Of a DNA stretch of 33,053 bases, positions 9,494 to 18,557 are shown one piece after another (position 1 is the first letter of the stretch; each line of letters starts with the position of its first letter). A program made the position numbers and the translations under genes. The stretch is taken from sequence record SRR31156797_3523; one strand, given 5' to 3'. The notes beneath the pieces are model-generated. The model saw nothing but the letters and a program-made list of their open reading frames with translations. It had not been told where the DNA came from and ran no database searches.

Positions 9494-9536
9494 TTGAAAA
9501 TTTGTTACAACCATGATATAATTGCGTAACAAATTT
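9494..9536 (+). promoter_or_regulatory. SigA-type promoter for M1/M23 peptidase cluster with flanking 11-bp inverted repeat
   Basis: TTGAAA(9494-9499)-17 bp-TATAAT(9517-9522) with extended TG; IR AAATTTGTTAC(9498-9508)/GTAACAAATTT(9526-9536). Confidence 0.7.
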
Positions 9537-9603
9537 GATATATAGTCCTGCTTATGGTAGGACTATAGAGCTAGTCAGTGCTTTTAAGATTGAGGTAGTA
9601 TTA

Positions 9604-11130
9604 ATGAAGGTTAAGTATAATCAAAAACCATATATAAAGTATATATTGTTTGCTGTGCTTGGATTTGCAGCTTTGTTTACTCTAGTAGAGCTGATTAAAT
9701 CAGGAAAAGGTTTAAATACTGCACAAGATTGGGTAGATGTAAAGAGCCATACTGATAAAGCCGAAAATTATACATATGATTTTAGGATGAATCTTGATGT
9801 AGATGAAATGAAGATGGATGGTGAATTAGAGTTCACATATGTCAATAATAATGATGAAGATATGAGTACTCTGGTATTCTACCTATATGCAAACAGTTTC
9901 AAAGAAGAGGGCTACGAAGCCATTGATCCAGAAGAATATTATCTTGCTTATCCAAATGGGTTTACACCAGGCAGTATTGATATTAAGTCAATACAGATTG
10001 AAAATGGCGGAAGTTATGAAGTGAAGGGCAATCAGGAGCACCTACTGGAAATTACGCTAAATGAGCCAGTTAAATCGGGTAAAACTCTTGATATAGTAAT
10101 GGAATATACTGTACAAATCCCTAATTGTATCGGCAGATTCGGTTACGGTGAAAGCACAATATCATTGGTTAACTGTAATCCTATTATGGCTGTGTATGAT
10201 GAAGGTTATTATAGTTATGAATATAACAATATGGGAGATCCTTTTTATTCTGAATGTGCAGACTACTCCGCAGTAATTACTGTAGATGAGGATTATCTAG
10301 TAGCTGTTACAGGCGATATCTACAAGGAAGAAACAGCAGATGGTAAAAGGAGCATTGCAGTATTAGCAGAGAATATGAGAGATTTTGGATTTGTTGCATC
10401 TAACGATTTCGATGTTGCTAGTACACAAATAAACGGAATTACTGTGAATTCCTTTGGATTCACTAATCATAGAATGACAGAAAAAGCATTAGAAGCAGGT
10501 GTGAATGCAATTGATACCTTTTCTAAACTATATGGTGAATATCCATATAATACATTTAACGTAGTAGAGAGTAATTTCTACGTAGGGGGTATGGAGTATC
10601 CAGGTATGGTACTGATAGATTCATCGTACTATAATAATCTTAATAAGAGTATTATGGAGATGATTATCGCTCATGAAACTGCTCACCAATGGTGGTATGC
10701 ACAGGTAGGGAGCGATCAGGTGGCAGAACCTTGGTTGGATGAAGCCCTTACTGAATTTTCTACAAGGATGTACTACGAAACAGTCTACCCCAATTCCTAT
10801 GAAGTAAGGATTGACGAGGCTGTTGACAATAGTTATGATTATATGAATGCTAATATAGCTCACGCTGAAGTTGATATAAACTCTCATACAATGATGTTTG
10901 ACAGCTCGTGGCAATATTCTCTGGTGGTATATGGCAAGGGCATGGAGATGTTTGATAATTTGCGCCAAGAGATAGGCGATGACGCATTTTTTGCTGGTTT
11001 GCAGGATTATCTTGAGGATAACAGATATGAAATTGTAGATGAATACAACCTATATGATGCTCTGCAGGGGCACACAGATATAGATATTGAGAAATGGTTT
11101 GAAAATAATTTTACAGTAGAAATAGGATAA
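9604..11130 (+). CDS. Membrane-anchored M1-family (gluzincin) zinc metallopeptidase
   Basis: GGMEYP exopeptidase motif, HETAH (HExxH) plus WLDEAL third ligand, VYGKG; N-terminal TM helix; SD GAGG upstream of ATG 9604. Confidence 0.88.
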   Translation: MKVKYNQKPYIKYILFAVLGFAALFTLVELIKSGKGLNTAQDWVDVKSHTDKAENYTYDFRMNLDVDEMKMDGELEFTYVNNNDEDMSTLVFYLYANSFKEEGYEAIDPEEYYLAYPNGFTPGSIDIKSIQIENGGSYEVKGNQEHLLEITLNEPVKSGKTLDIVMEYTVQIPNCIGRFGYGESTISLVNCNPIMAVYDEGYYSYEYNNMGDPFYSECADYSAVITVDEDYLVAVTGDIYKEETADGKRSIAVLAENMRDFGFVASNDFDVASTQINGITVNSFGFTNHRMTEKALEAGVNAIDTFSKLYGEYPYNTFNVVESNFYVGGMEYPGMVLIDSSYYNNLNKSIMEMIIAHETAHQWWYAQVGSDQVAEPWLDEALTEFSTRMYYETVYPNSYEVRIDEAVDNSYDYMNANIAHAEVDINSHTMMFDSSWQYSLVVYGKGMEMFDNLRQEIGDDAFFAGLQDYLEDNRYEIVDEYNLYDALQGHTDIDIEKWFENNFTVEIG

Positions 11131-11133
11131 AAG

Positions 11134-12756
11134 ATGAGTTACAACAGAAAAAGTCCTAAAAGGCGATATTCGTCAAAGGAGTACAAGAAGCTCTATATCG
11201 CCGATAAGGATGAATTGGATGCAAAGAAAAAAGCAGAAGAGGAACGTTTGACTGAAGCCAGAACTTCTCTGATGGAGGAGGGCGGCTATGTAGACGGCTA
11301 TATCAAATCCCAAAGAAAGAAAAAGAGAAATGAACACCTAAAAAAATCCACAGACTTTGGAATAAAAATAGGATTTATTACTCTTAGTCTTGTGCTGGCT
11401 GTAATTGCGGTTATTACTCTAATACCAAAGAATGTAAGTGCAAAATATGTACAAGGTTATGAGGTACTGCTAAATAATACAGTACTTGGTGTTACTGATA
11501 ATGCTGAGCCAATCAGTAATGCTCTGGACGATATTCGTGAAGAATTCAAAAACGATTACAATATGAATGTGTTCGATGATACTACATTGGAATACAGACC
11601 CGTAATGATAGAGATGCAGTTTATCTGTCCACCTGAATATTTTGTTAAAATACTCAAAGAGTGTGTGGACGTAAAGGTAATGGCATGGGTAATTCAGGTT
11701 AATAATTCACCTGCAGCTGCTGTCAAAACAAAGGAAGAGGCAGAATCGGCTCTTGCAAGAGTTTTGGAGCCATTTGAAGATATACCTACAGACAGACAGA
11801 GAATAGAAATTGATTTTGTTGAGAATGTAGAAGTACTAGAAATGGCTATTGAGTATTCTCAGGTATCAGATGAGGAATATGCGTACAAGCTCCTACGATT
11901 TGGCGGAGATATTGATGAAAAACACCATACTGTTGTAAAGGGAGAGACATTATCTAAAATCAGCAAAACATATGGACTCAAAGTTGCTGACTTGCAAAAT
12001 GCTAATCCTGAACTTGCATCAACCAGTAAAATCTATCCTGGAGATGTATTGCTTATAGCCGAGACTAATTCCAGAGTGAATGTAAAATATATTGAAGTAG
12101 TCGACAGGGTTGAGTCAATGGATTATGAAACTGAAACAATAGATGATGATACGATGTATATAACTGAGACTATTGTTGTACAAGAAGGAGTAGAAGGTAC
12201 TCACGATATTAACGCAGAAATAACCTACATAAATGGCAGAGAGACTGAAGTAAATATAATCAGCGAGGTTATTATTACTCAGCCTGTCAATAAAGTAATC
12301 AGAAAGGGTACGAAGGAAGTACCAAGGATACAGGAATTAGCTGCTGAAGGTGATATGCCTATTCCACTAAAAAGCGGTTCATACAGAGTATCCTGTAAGT
12401 TTGGACCTCGTGATTTAGATATAGCAGGTGCATCAAAGTGGCATAAAGGGGTAGACCTTGCTGCTAATAAAGGAACACCAATCTATGCATCTATGTCTGG
12501 TACAGTAACTCACTCAGGTTCAGGTACAGGATATGGATTGTATATTAAGATAAATCACGGTGACGGTGTTGAAACAAGGTACGCTCACTGCTCTGAATTA
12601 CTTGTTAAAAAGGGTGATAAAGTAGATGCAGGAGACTTAATTGGATTAGTTGGGAATACAGGCATTTCTAGCGGTTCTCACCTTCATTTTGAGGTAAGAA
12701 TCAACGGTGTTGCTTATGACCCATTAGGCGAATATGAAGGTACTGCTCCATCATAA
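11134..12756 (+). CDS. LysM-G5-M23 peptidoglycan DD-endopeptidase (paralog 1)
   Basis: Basic N-terminus plus single TM; LysM HTVVKGETLSKISKTYGL; G5-like VVQEGVEG...PVNKVIRKGTK; M23 HKGVD and HLHFEVR. Confidence 0.9.
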   Translation: MSYNRKSPKRRYSSKEYKKLYIADKDELDAKKKAEEERLTEARTSLMEEGGYVDGYIKSQRKKKRNEHLKKSTDFGIKIGFITLSLVLAVIAVITLIPKNVSAKYVQGYEVLLNNTVLGVTDNAEPISNALDDIREEFKNDYNMNVFDDTTLEYRPVMIEMQFICPPEYFVKILKECVDVKVMAWVIQVNNSPAAAVKTKEEAESALARVLEPFEDIPTDRQRIEIDFVENVEVLEMAIEYSQVSDEEYAYKLLRFGGDIDEKHHTVVKGETLSKISKTYGLKVADLQNANPELASTSKIYPGDVLLIAETNSRVNVKYIEVVDRVESMDYETETIDDDTMYITETIVVQEGVEGTHDINAEITYINGRETEVNIISEVIITQPVNKVIRKGTKEVPRIQELAAEGDMPIPLKSGSYRVSCKFGPRDLDIAGASKWHKGVDLAANKGTPIYASMSGTVTHSGSGTGYGLYIKINHGDGVETRYAHCSELLVKKGDKVDAGDLIGLVGNTGISSGSHLHFEVRINGVAYDPLGEYEGTAPS

Positions 12757-12902
12757 AGGAGTTAACAAGAAATGTTAGCAAACAAGTAAAGCGATAAAGG
12801 ACAAAATAGCTGTGGTTCATTTCTAAAGAAATGGAATGAACTAAAAGTGGTTATGTGTAAAACACATATTTAATGATATGTTCATTATACAAGGAATTGT
12901 TT

Positions 12903-14465
12903 ATGCCAAAGAAAGATATAAAAAAAGATAGTTCTCGCAAAAGGATAGAATTCCCTAGTAAAGTAGTCAAAGTACCAGACAGCGAGAAAAAGAATATTAG
13001 ATTAAATACAGTTACTGAATTCTCTGAAAAAAAGGGAAAAGTGAAAAAAGATAGGTCTGAAAAGCAAAACGCCAGTGTATTAAAGAATTTGGACTACGGA
13101 AGAATAGGAATAGTTGTACTGCTGATAGCTGTAATTTTTTCCTTATTCACATTTGGTATTCCTTATGCGGTAAAAGCTCAGTATACTGATGCATTCGAGG
13201 TTTATTTGGATGAAGATACATGTATTGGTATTGTAGATAATATTGAAGAAATGGATGCAGTATATCAAAAGATATTTGATGATTTCAGTTCCTATTACGG
13301 CATGGATGTTCCAAAGGAATATGAATTGACTTATAAAGAAGTGCAGGTGCGCTCACTGAATATATTTCCTGTTGATCAGTATGACAGTATCTTAAGACAA
13401 AGCCTGGATGTAGGTGTTATGGCTTGGGCTATAATGGTCAATAATGCACCAGCTGCTGTACTTGCTACAGAAGAAGAAGCAACATGGGTATTAGAGCAGG
13501 TATTAGCACCCTATGAAGAGGATGCGGAATCAAAGCAAAGAACTGATATTCACTTTTTAGAAGACGTTCAAATAGTAAATACGTCTATTGAGTATAAATC
13601 TATAGTTGATCAGGAAACAGCACTGAGCCTGCTGAAATACGGTGAGGATGTAGAGATTAAGAGACATACAGTCGTTTCTGGTGAAACACTATACAGTATT
13701 GCGAAGAATTATAATTTGCGTGTCTCGGATATTATCAAAGCAAACCCTTGGCTTGAGCAGAATGACAAACTTTATAGGAAAGATGTATTGACAATAGCTA
13801 AGGTAAATAATCGGGTAAATGTTGTCTATACTGAGTACATTTCCAGAACTGAACAATTGGACTATGAAACCATTTATCTACAGGATGATTCAATGTATGA
13901 GACTGAGAGCAAAGTGCAGATAGAAGGCAAATACGGTGAACGTCAGATAACAGGAAATGCAACTTATATTAACGGTTACGAATCAGATGTAGAAGTGCTT
14001 ACTGAGAATATAGTATCAGAGGCTGTAGACAGAGTCGTTGTTGAGGGAACAATAGAAGTACCAAAGACGCTGAAACTAGCCCAGTCAGGTAATATGATGC
14101 TTCCATTGAAGTCATATACAATTACATCACCTTTTGGTAAAAGGAATACTGGAATCGATGGAGCATCTACATTTCACAATGGCGTGGACTTAGCGGCATC
14201 AAAAGGTACACCTATATATGCCAGTGCTGATGGTAAAGTCAAGTTTGCAGGCTCATCAGGAGGCTATGGTTTATTGGTAAAGATAACTCATGAAGGAAAT
14301 GTTGAGACAAGATATGGTCACTGCTCTCAATTGTTAGTTTCCAGCGGTCAGTACGTCGAGCAGGGTGATATTATTGCTTTGGTTGGTTCGACAGGAGTAT
14401 CCTCAGGTAATCATGTACACTTTGAAGTTCGAGTAAATGGAACACCTGTAAATCCAATTGATTAA
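12903..14465 (+). CDS. LysM-G5-M23 peptidoglycan DD-endopeptidase (paralog 2)
   Basis: Same architecture: LysM HTVVSGETLYSIAKNYNL, G5-like, M23 HNGVD and HVHFEVR; SD AAGGA upstream of ATG 12903. Confidence 0.9.
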   Translation: MPKKDIKKDSSRKRIEFPSKVVKVPDSEKKNIRLNTVTEFSEKKGKVKKDRSEKQNASVLKNLDYGRIGIVVLLIAVIFSLFTFGIPYAVKAQYTDAFEVYLDEDTCIGIVDNIEEMDAVYQKIFDDFSSYYGMDVPKEYELTYKEVQVRSLNIFPVDQYDSILRQSLDVGVMAWAIMVNNAPAAVLATEEEATWVLEQVLAPYEEDAESKQRTDIHFLEDVQIVNTSIEYKSIVDQETALSLLKYGEDVEIKRHTVVSGETLYSIAKNYNLRVSDIIKANPWLEQNDKLYRKDVLTIAKVNNRVNVVYTEYISRTEQLDYETIYLQDDSMYETESKVQIEGKYGERQITGNATYINGYESDVEVLTENIVSEAVDRVVVEGTIEVPKTLKLAQSGNMMLPLKSYTITSPFGKRNTGIDGASTFHNGVDLAASKGTPIYASADGKVKFAGSSGGYGLLVKITHEGNVETRYGHCSQLLVSSGQYVEQGDIIALVGSTGVSSGNHVHFEVRVNGTPVNPID

Positions 14466-14539
14466 ATTGAAATTTTAGATTATAAAAATCTCTTTTGCAG
14501 TAAATACTAGAAATGTATTTATTCAAAGGAGGTTTTTTT

Positions 14540-15571
14540 ATGCGAAAAAACACGATTATTCTGATTATTATGATATTTATACTGATGATTTCTGCCGCTG
14601 CCTGTGGTGAAGAGGACAGAGGTAAGCCATTGGCTTCATCAGAAGTCGAGGACGAGGAAACTCCACAGGTAACTGAAGATAAGGACAGTGATGCACTGGA
14701 TGTTAAAAAAGAAGATATTGAATTGCCGGATCCTATTAAGGACGGAAAAGAGTCTACAATCAAGGTATATGATATAGATACTAAAGAGATACAGGAAATG
14801 GCAGTAAATGAATATCTCTACGGTGTAGTAGCAGGAGAAGTAGGTAATGACTGGCCTGAGGAGGTATTAAAGGCGCAGGCGGTTATTGCCAGAACATATA
14901 TGGTTAATTACTTTATAGAAGGTGACAGCTCAAAGTATGAAGGAGCAGATATATCAACTGATGTATCTGAAAGCCAAGCGTATAGCAAAGATGATATTAA
15001 TGATGCAATTAAAAAAGCTGTAGACGATACTGTAGGAATTGTTATTACATATCAGGGTGAACCAATAAAGGCGTTTTTTCATTCATGCTCTGGAGGCATT
15101 ACTGCAACTGCAACTGAGGGGCTGGAAAATAAAGATGAACTTCCATACACTGAGAATGTGGAAAGTGATGATTCCTCTGCACCTGCTGATGTACGTGAAT
15201 GGACAGGTGAATATACAAAGGATAAGCTGATCGCAGCATTAGCGTCTATGGAGGAGGATATTGGCGGCTTTGAAACTGTAGAAATCGGAGAAAAAGGTCC
15301 GTCAGGCAGAGCTTTGACACTAAAATTCGATGACGCAGAGGTATCGGCTCCCCAGTTTCGTTTAGCAATTTCTGCATCAGATTTTCGTTCAACATTAATT
15401 ACGGATTTATCATATGAAAATGATGTACTTACTGTTTCTGGAAAAGGCTTCGGGCATGGTGTTGGTATGCCTCAGTGGGATGCCAAAGCACTAAGTGAAA
15501 ATGGTGCTGATTACGAAGAAATCATTAATACATATTTTCGGGACGTCGACATTGTTAAAGCTTGGGAATAA
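14540..15571 (+). CDS. SpoIID/LytB-domain lipoprotein (lytic transglycosylase)
   Basis: Lipobox AAAC; EYLYGVVAGE (catalytic Glu), LKAQAVIARTY, FHSCSGG, GFGHGVGMPQ; SD AAGGAGG upstream of ATG 14540. Confidence 0.88.
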   Translation: MRKNTIILIIMIFILMISAAACGEEDRGKPLASSEVEDEETPQVTEDKDSDALDVKKEDIELPDPIKDGKESTIKVYDIDTKEIQEMAVNEYLYGVVAGEVGNDWPEEVLKAQAVIARTYMVNYFIEGDSSKYEGADISTDVSESQAYSKDDINDAIKKAVDDTVGIVITYQGEPIKAFFHSCSGGITATATEGLENKDELPYTENVESDDSSAPADVREWTGEYTKDKLIAALASMEEDIGGFETVEIGEKGPSGRALTLKFDDAEVSAPQFRLAISASDFRSTLITDLSYENDVLTVSGKGFGHGVGMPQWDAKALSENGADYEEIINTYFRDVDIVKAWE

Positions 15572-15602
15572 ACAAATAAGATATATTAAATAAAATATGA
15601 AA

Positions 15603-15636
15603 GGCCACTGACTGTTTATTAGTCGGTGGTTTCCTT
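15603..15636 (+). terminator. Probable terminator after SpoIID/LytB gene
   Basis: GGCCACTGACT-gtttatt-AGTCGGTGGTT (with G-U pairs) followed by TCCTT; weak U-tract. Confidence 0.55.
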
Positions 15637-15840
15637 ATGCAGATGTTTTTTTGGACAACTGATTGATGTTTTGATAATTTTTATTACCAAAACATGAGTT
15701 TTTCATATATAATAACTATAATATGTATATGGGAAAAGTGTATCATTGAAATATTTAATATAAAAAGGTAACTCTTTTCAAATTTATCTTTATTTAATAA
15801 TTATGGTATAATATAATAAGAACAGAGAACAGGTGGTTTT

Positions 15841-16470
15841 ATGGATAATAATTTAGGCGAAATAATCGGGGTAATAATAGTAATCGGATTAATAGTTTTA
15901 TTTTGGAAATATTTTCTGATTGTAGTAGGCATAGTGGCAGTTGCTATTGCTGTTTATTTTATTGTAAAAGGTATAAAGCAGGAAAAAGCAAAGGGCATGA
16001 TGATAACTGATGGTTATACCAAAGGTGATTTGGATAAATACAAAGAAGATATTAAAACAAAGATACAGGATTTGCGTAGATACTATTACAAAATGAAAGA
16101 TGATGAAATGAGGGATAAGCTTGATGCTGTTACAAACAGCTTCAAGGATTTGATGAAAACAATTGAGGAAGAACCAGCGTATTTTTCAATTGTGAGGAGA
16201 TTTTTGAATATCACAATGAAAAGCTGTGATAATATCTTGAAGCAGTCAGCCATGATATATACTCTGGATAGTCCAAGTGAAAGTAATATTCAGGCATTGG
16301 AAGATAGCAAGGAAGGATTGGACTTGATTTCAACCGCTACAGTTAATCAGATAAATAAACTATATGATAATAATGCAGTCAATATAGATATTGAGCTGGC
16401 GGTACTAAAAAAGAGCTTACAAGCCAAAGGCTTGCTGGATAATGATAATACAAAGGAGAACATAGAATGA
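15841..16470 (+). CDS. XpaC-like (5-bromo-4-chloroindolyl phosphate hydrolysis family) membrane protein
   Basis: Two N-terminal TM helices then a helical domain ending NKLYDNNAVNIDIELAVLKK; overlaps the TelA-family gene (ATGA), the usual xpaC-yaaN arrangement. Confidence 0.75.
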   Translation: MDNNLGEIIGVIIVIGLIVLFWKYFLIVVGIVAVAIAVYFIVKGIKQEKAKGMMITDGYTKGDLDKYKEDIKTKIQDLRRYYYKMKDDEMRDKLDAVTNSFKDLMKTIEEEPAYFSIVRRFLNITMKSCDNILKQSAMIYTLDSPSESNIQALEDSKEGLDLISTATVNQINKLYDNNAVNIDIELAVLKKSLQAKGLLDNDNTKENIE

Positions 16471-17558
16471 GTGAAACTAAAAAAACAGAAGTTGCAGAAA
16501 TCGAAAACGAAATTGCAGTATTAACAGATGCAGAGTTGGTAGAGGTTAAGGAAAAAGCGAATGAATTAGATATTAATGATTCCCAGTCAATCATATTGTT
16601 TGGCAGCGGAACACAGACAGATATTGCTGACTTTTCTAATACAATGCTAAACCAAGTAAAAACAAAGGATTCTGGATATGTTGGGGATATGCTCACATCT
16701 TTGGTTAATAATCTAGGGCAGGTAGATGCGAAGAGCTTGACAGATGCTAAAGGCGGATTGTTTAACAGTCTTAAATCAAGAGCTAAAAAATTCATCGGAC
16801 AGTATGAAAAATTGTCCACTCAAATAGAAGGTATTGTGGATAAACTAGAGGTAGCACAGCAGGAATTATTGAAAGATGTTGAATTGCTGGACAAACTATA
16901 TGTCAAAAACGGTGAATATATTAAGGAATTGGATGTTTATATTGAAGCTGGCAAGATAGCAATCAAGGATGCAGAAGATAATGTTGTGCCAAAGCTTGTT
17001 GTAAAAGCAGAGGAGAGCAATGACGCTCTGGACACACAGGCTGCCAGAGATATGCAGGCAAATATTGAAAAGCTTGACAAGAAAATCGGTGATTTGCAGC
17101 TTTCCAGAATGGTTGCTGTTCAATCTATGCCTCAGTTACGATTAGTTCAAAAAAATGATGAAGTTCTGGCAGAAAAAATTCAATCTTCATTAGTAAATAC
17201 AATTCCTCTGTGGAAGAATCAAATGGTAATAGCATTAACTATAGTGCGTCAGAATGCCGCTCTAAAGCTACAGAGAGATGTTACTGATACAACTAATGAA
17301 TTGCTGAAGAAAAACGCTGAGATGCTAAAAGTGGGCTCAATAGAGACTGCTATTGAAGCAGAAAGAGGTATTGTAGAGTTGGAAACACTGCAGCAGGTTA
17401 ATAGTGATTTGATTGAAACTGTTACTGAGGTTATTAGAATTCAACAAGAAGGCAGAGCAGCCAGAGCAAACGTTGAGAAGGAAATTGCAAATATGGAAAA
17501 TCAGCTTAAGGATAACCTTCTTAGACTGCATAAAGAAAAGAATGCATTGGAGAAATAG
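16467..17558 (+). CDS. Toxic anion resistance protein, TelA/YaaN family
   Basis: FGSGTQTDIADFSNTML, QSMPQLRLVQKND, NTIPLWKNQMVIAL, DTTNELLKKNAEMLK, ERGIVELETL. Confidence 0.92.
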   Translation: MSETKKTEVAEIENEIAVLTDAELVEVKEKANELDINDSQSIILFGSGTQTDIADFSNTMLNQVKTKDSGYVGDMLTSLVNNLGQVDAKSLTDAKGGLFNSLKSRAKKFIGQYEKLSTQIEGIVDKLEVAQQELLKDVELLDKLYVKNGEYIKELDVYIEAGKIAIKDAEDNVVPKLVVKAEESNDALDTQAARDMQANIEKLDKKIGDLQLSRMVAVQSMPQLRLVQKNDEVLAEKIQSSLVNTIPLWKNQMVIALTIVRQNAALKLQRDVTDTTNELLKKNAEMLKVGSIETAIEAERGIVELETLQQVNSDLIETVTEVIRIQQEGRAARANVEKEIANMENQLKDNLLRLHKEKNALEK

Positions 17559-17584
17559 AATAATAAATAAACCGTGTACGTAAG

Positions 17585-17618
17585 AAAAAAGGGTGTAATC
17601 ATTGTGATTGCACCCTTT
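17585..17618. terminator. Bidirectional terminator between TelA and oppF
   Basis: AAAGGGTGTAATCA-ttg-TGATTGCACCCTTT with A/T runs on both sides. Confidence 0.85.
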
Positions 17619-17633
17619 GAAATACTACTACAT

Positions 17634-18557
17634 TTATTTTACCCATTTAGCAAATTCCTCGTCATTTGCTAAGACTTTATGGTCATTGGATACAATTTTT
17701 AATTCCCTGTCAGCATAATCAGCTGTAGTTGCTGAATATTTTATTCTTACACGTCCTCTTTCATAATCAGGGTCTGGCAGAGGAATAGCTGACAGCAAGC
17801 TTTTTGTATACGGATGCTTTGGATTACGATAGATTTCGTTAGAATTACCAATTTCAACGATTTTACCCAAGTGCATAACAGCAATTCTGTCACTGATATA
17901 CTTAACCATGGATAAATCATGAGCAATAAACATATATGTCAAGCCAAGCTCTTTCTGTAGATTTTTCATTAGATTTACAACCTGTGCCTGGATAGATACG
18001 TCAAGAGCAGATATTGGCTCATCTGCTATAATAAAGTCTGGCTCTGTGATAAGCGCACGAGCAACACCAATACGCTGTCTTTGTCCACCAGAGAATTCGT
18101 GGGGATATCTGTTCGCATGCTCCTTGCTAAGACCAACTGTCTTTAGCATTTTGTATACACGTTCTTTGACTTCGCTCTTTGGCATACTCTTAAAATGGAT
18201 ATTCAAACCTTCAGCGATTATATCTTCTACCTTCATCCTTGGGTTTAGAGAAGCCATTGGATCTTGAAATATCATCTGCATTTTCTGGTTCAGTAATTGC
18301 TTTGAATCTTTGTTTAATTTATTTGATATATCTTGACCTTGGAATTCAATATATCCTGCAGTAGGCTTGTATAGTCTGATAAGGCTTCTTCCAGTTGTTG
18401 ATTTACCGCTTCCGCTCTCACCAACCAGACCAAAAACTTCACCTTTATACATTTCAAAAGATATATCATCAACAGCCTTTACTACGCTGCCTCTTTTCAT
18501 AGGAAAATATTGCTTTAATCCCTCTACTTTTAGAATTAATTCTTTATTTTTGCTCAT
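17634..18557 (-). CDS. oppF: Oligopeptide ABC transporter ATPase OppF
   Basis: GESGSGKST, IFQDPMASLNPR, RYPHEFSGGQRQRIG, DEPISALDVSIQAQV, PKHPYTKSLLSA. Confidence 0.95.
   Translation of the reverse strand: MSKNKELILKVEGLKQYFPMKRGSVVKAVDDISFEMYKGEVFGLVGESGSGKSTTGRSLIRLYKPTAGYIEFQGQDISNKLNKDSKQLLNQKMQMIFQDPMASLNPRMKVEDIIAEGLNIHFKSMPKSEVKERVYKMLKTVGLSKEHANRYPHEFSGGQRQRIGVARALITEPDFIIADEPISALDVSIQAQVVNLMKNLQKELGLTYMFIAHDLSMVKYISDRIAVMHLGKIVEIGNSNEIYRNPKHPYTKSLLSAIPLPDPDYERGRVRIKYSATTADYADRELKIVSNDHKVLANDEEFAKWVK

Noticed and set aside
12770-12870. Possible c-di-GMP-I riboswitch between the M23 paralogs (AGCAAAC...GGAC...) with small hairpins CATTTC-taaa-GAAATG and TATGTGT-aaa-ACACATA
   Set aside because: The required P2 stem does not pair and the GACGCAAAG core is absent; the hairpins are short and AT-rich
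14478-14512. Possible sporulation-sigma promoter upstream of the SpoIID/LytB gene
   Set aside because: Only a loose match in AT-rich DNA; the lipoprotein architecture also means orthology to sporulation spoIID cannot be claimed
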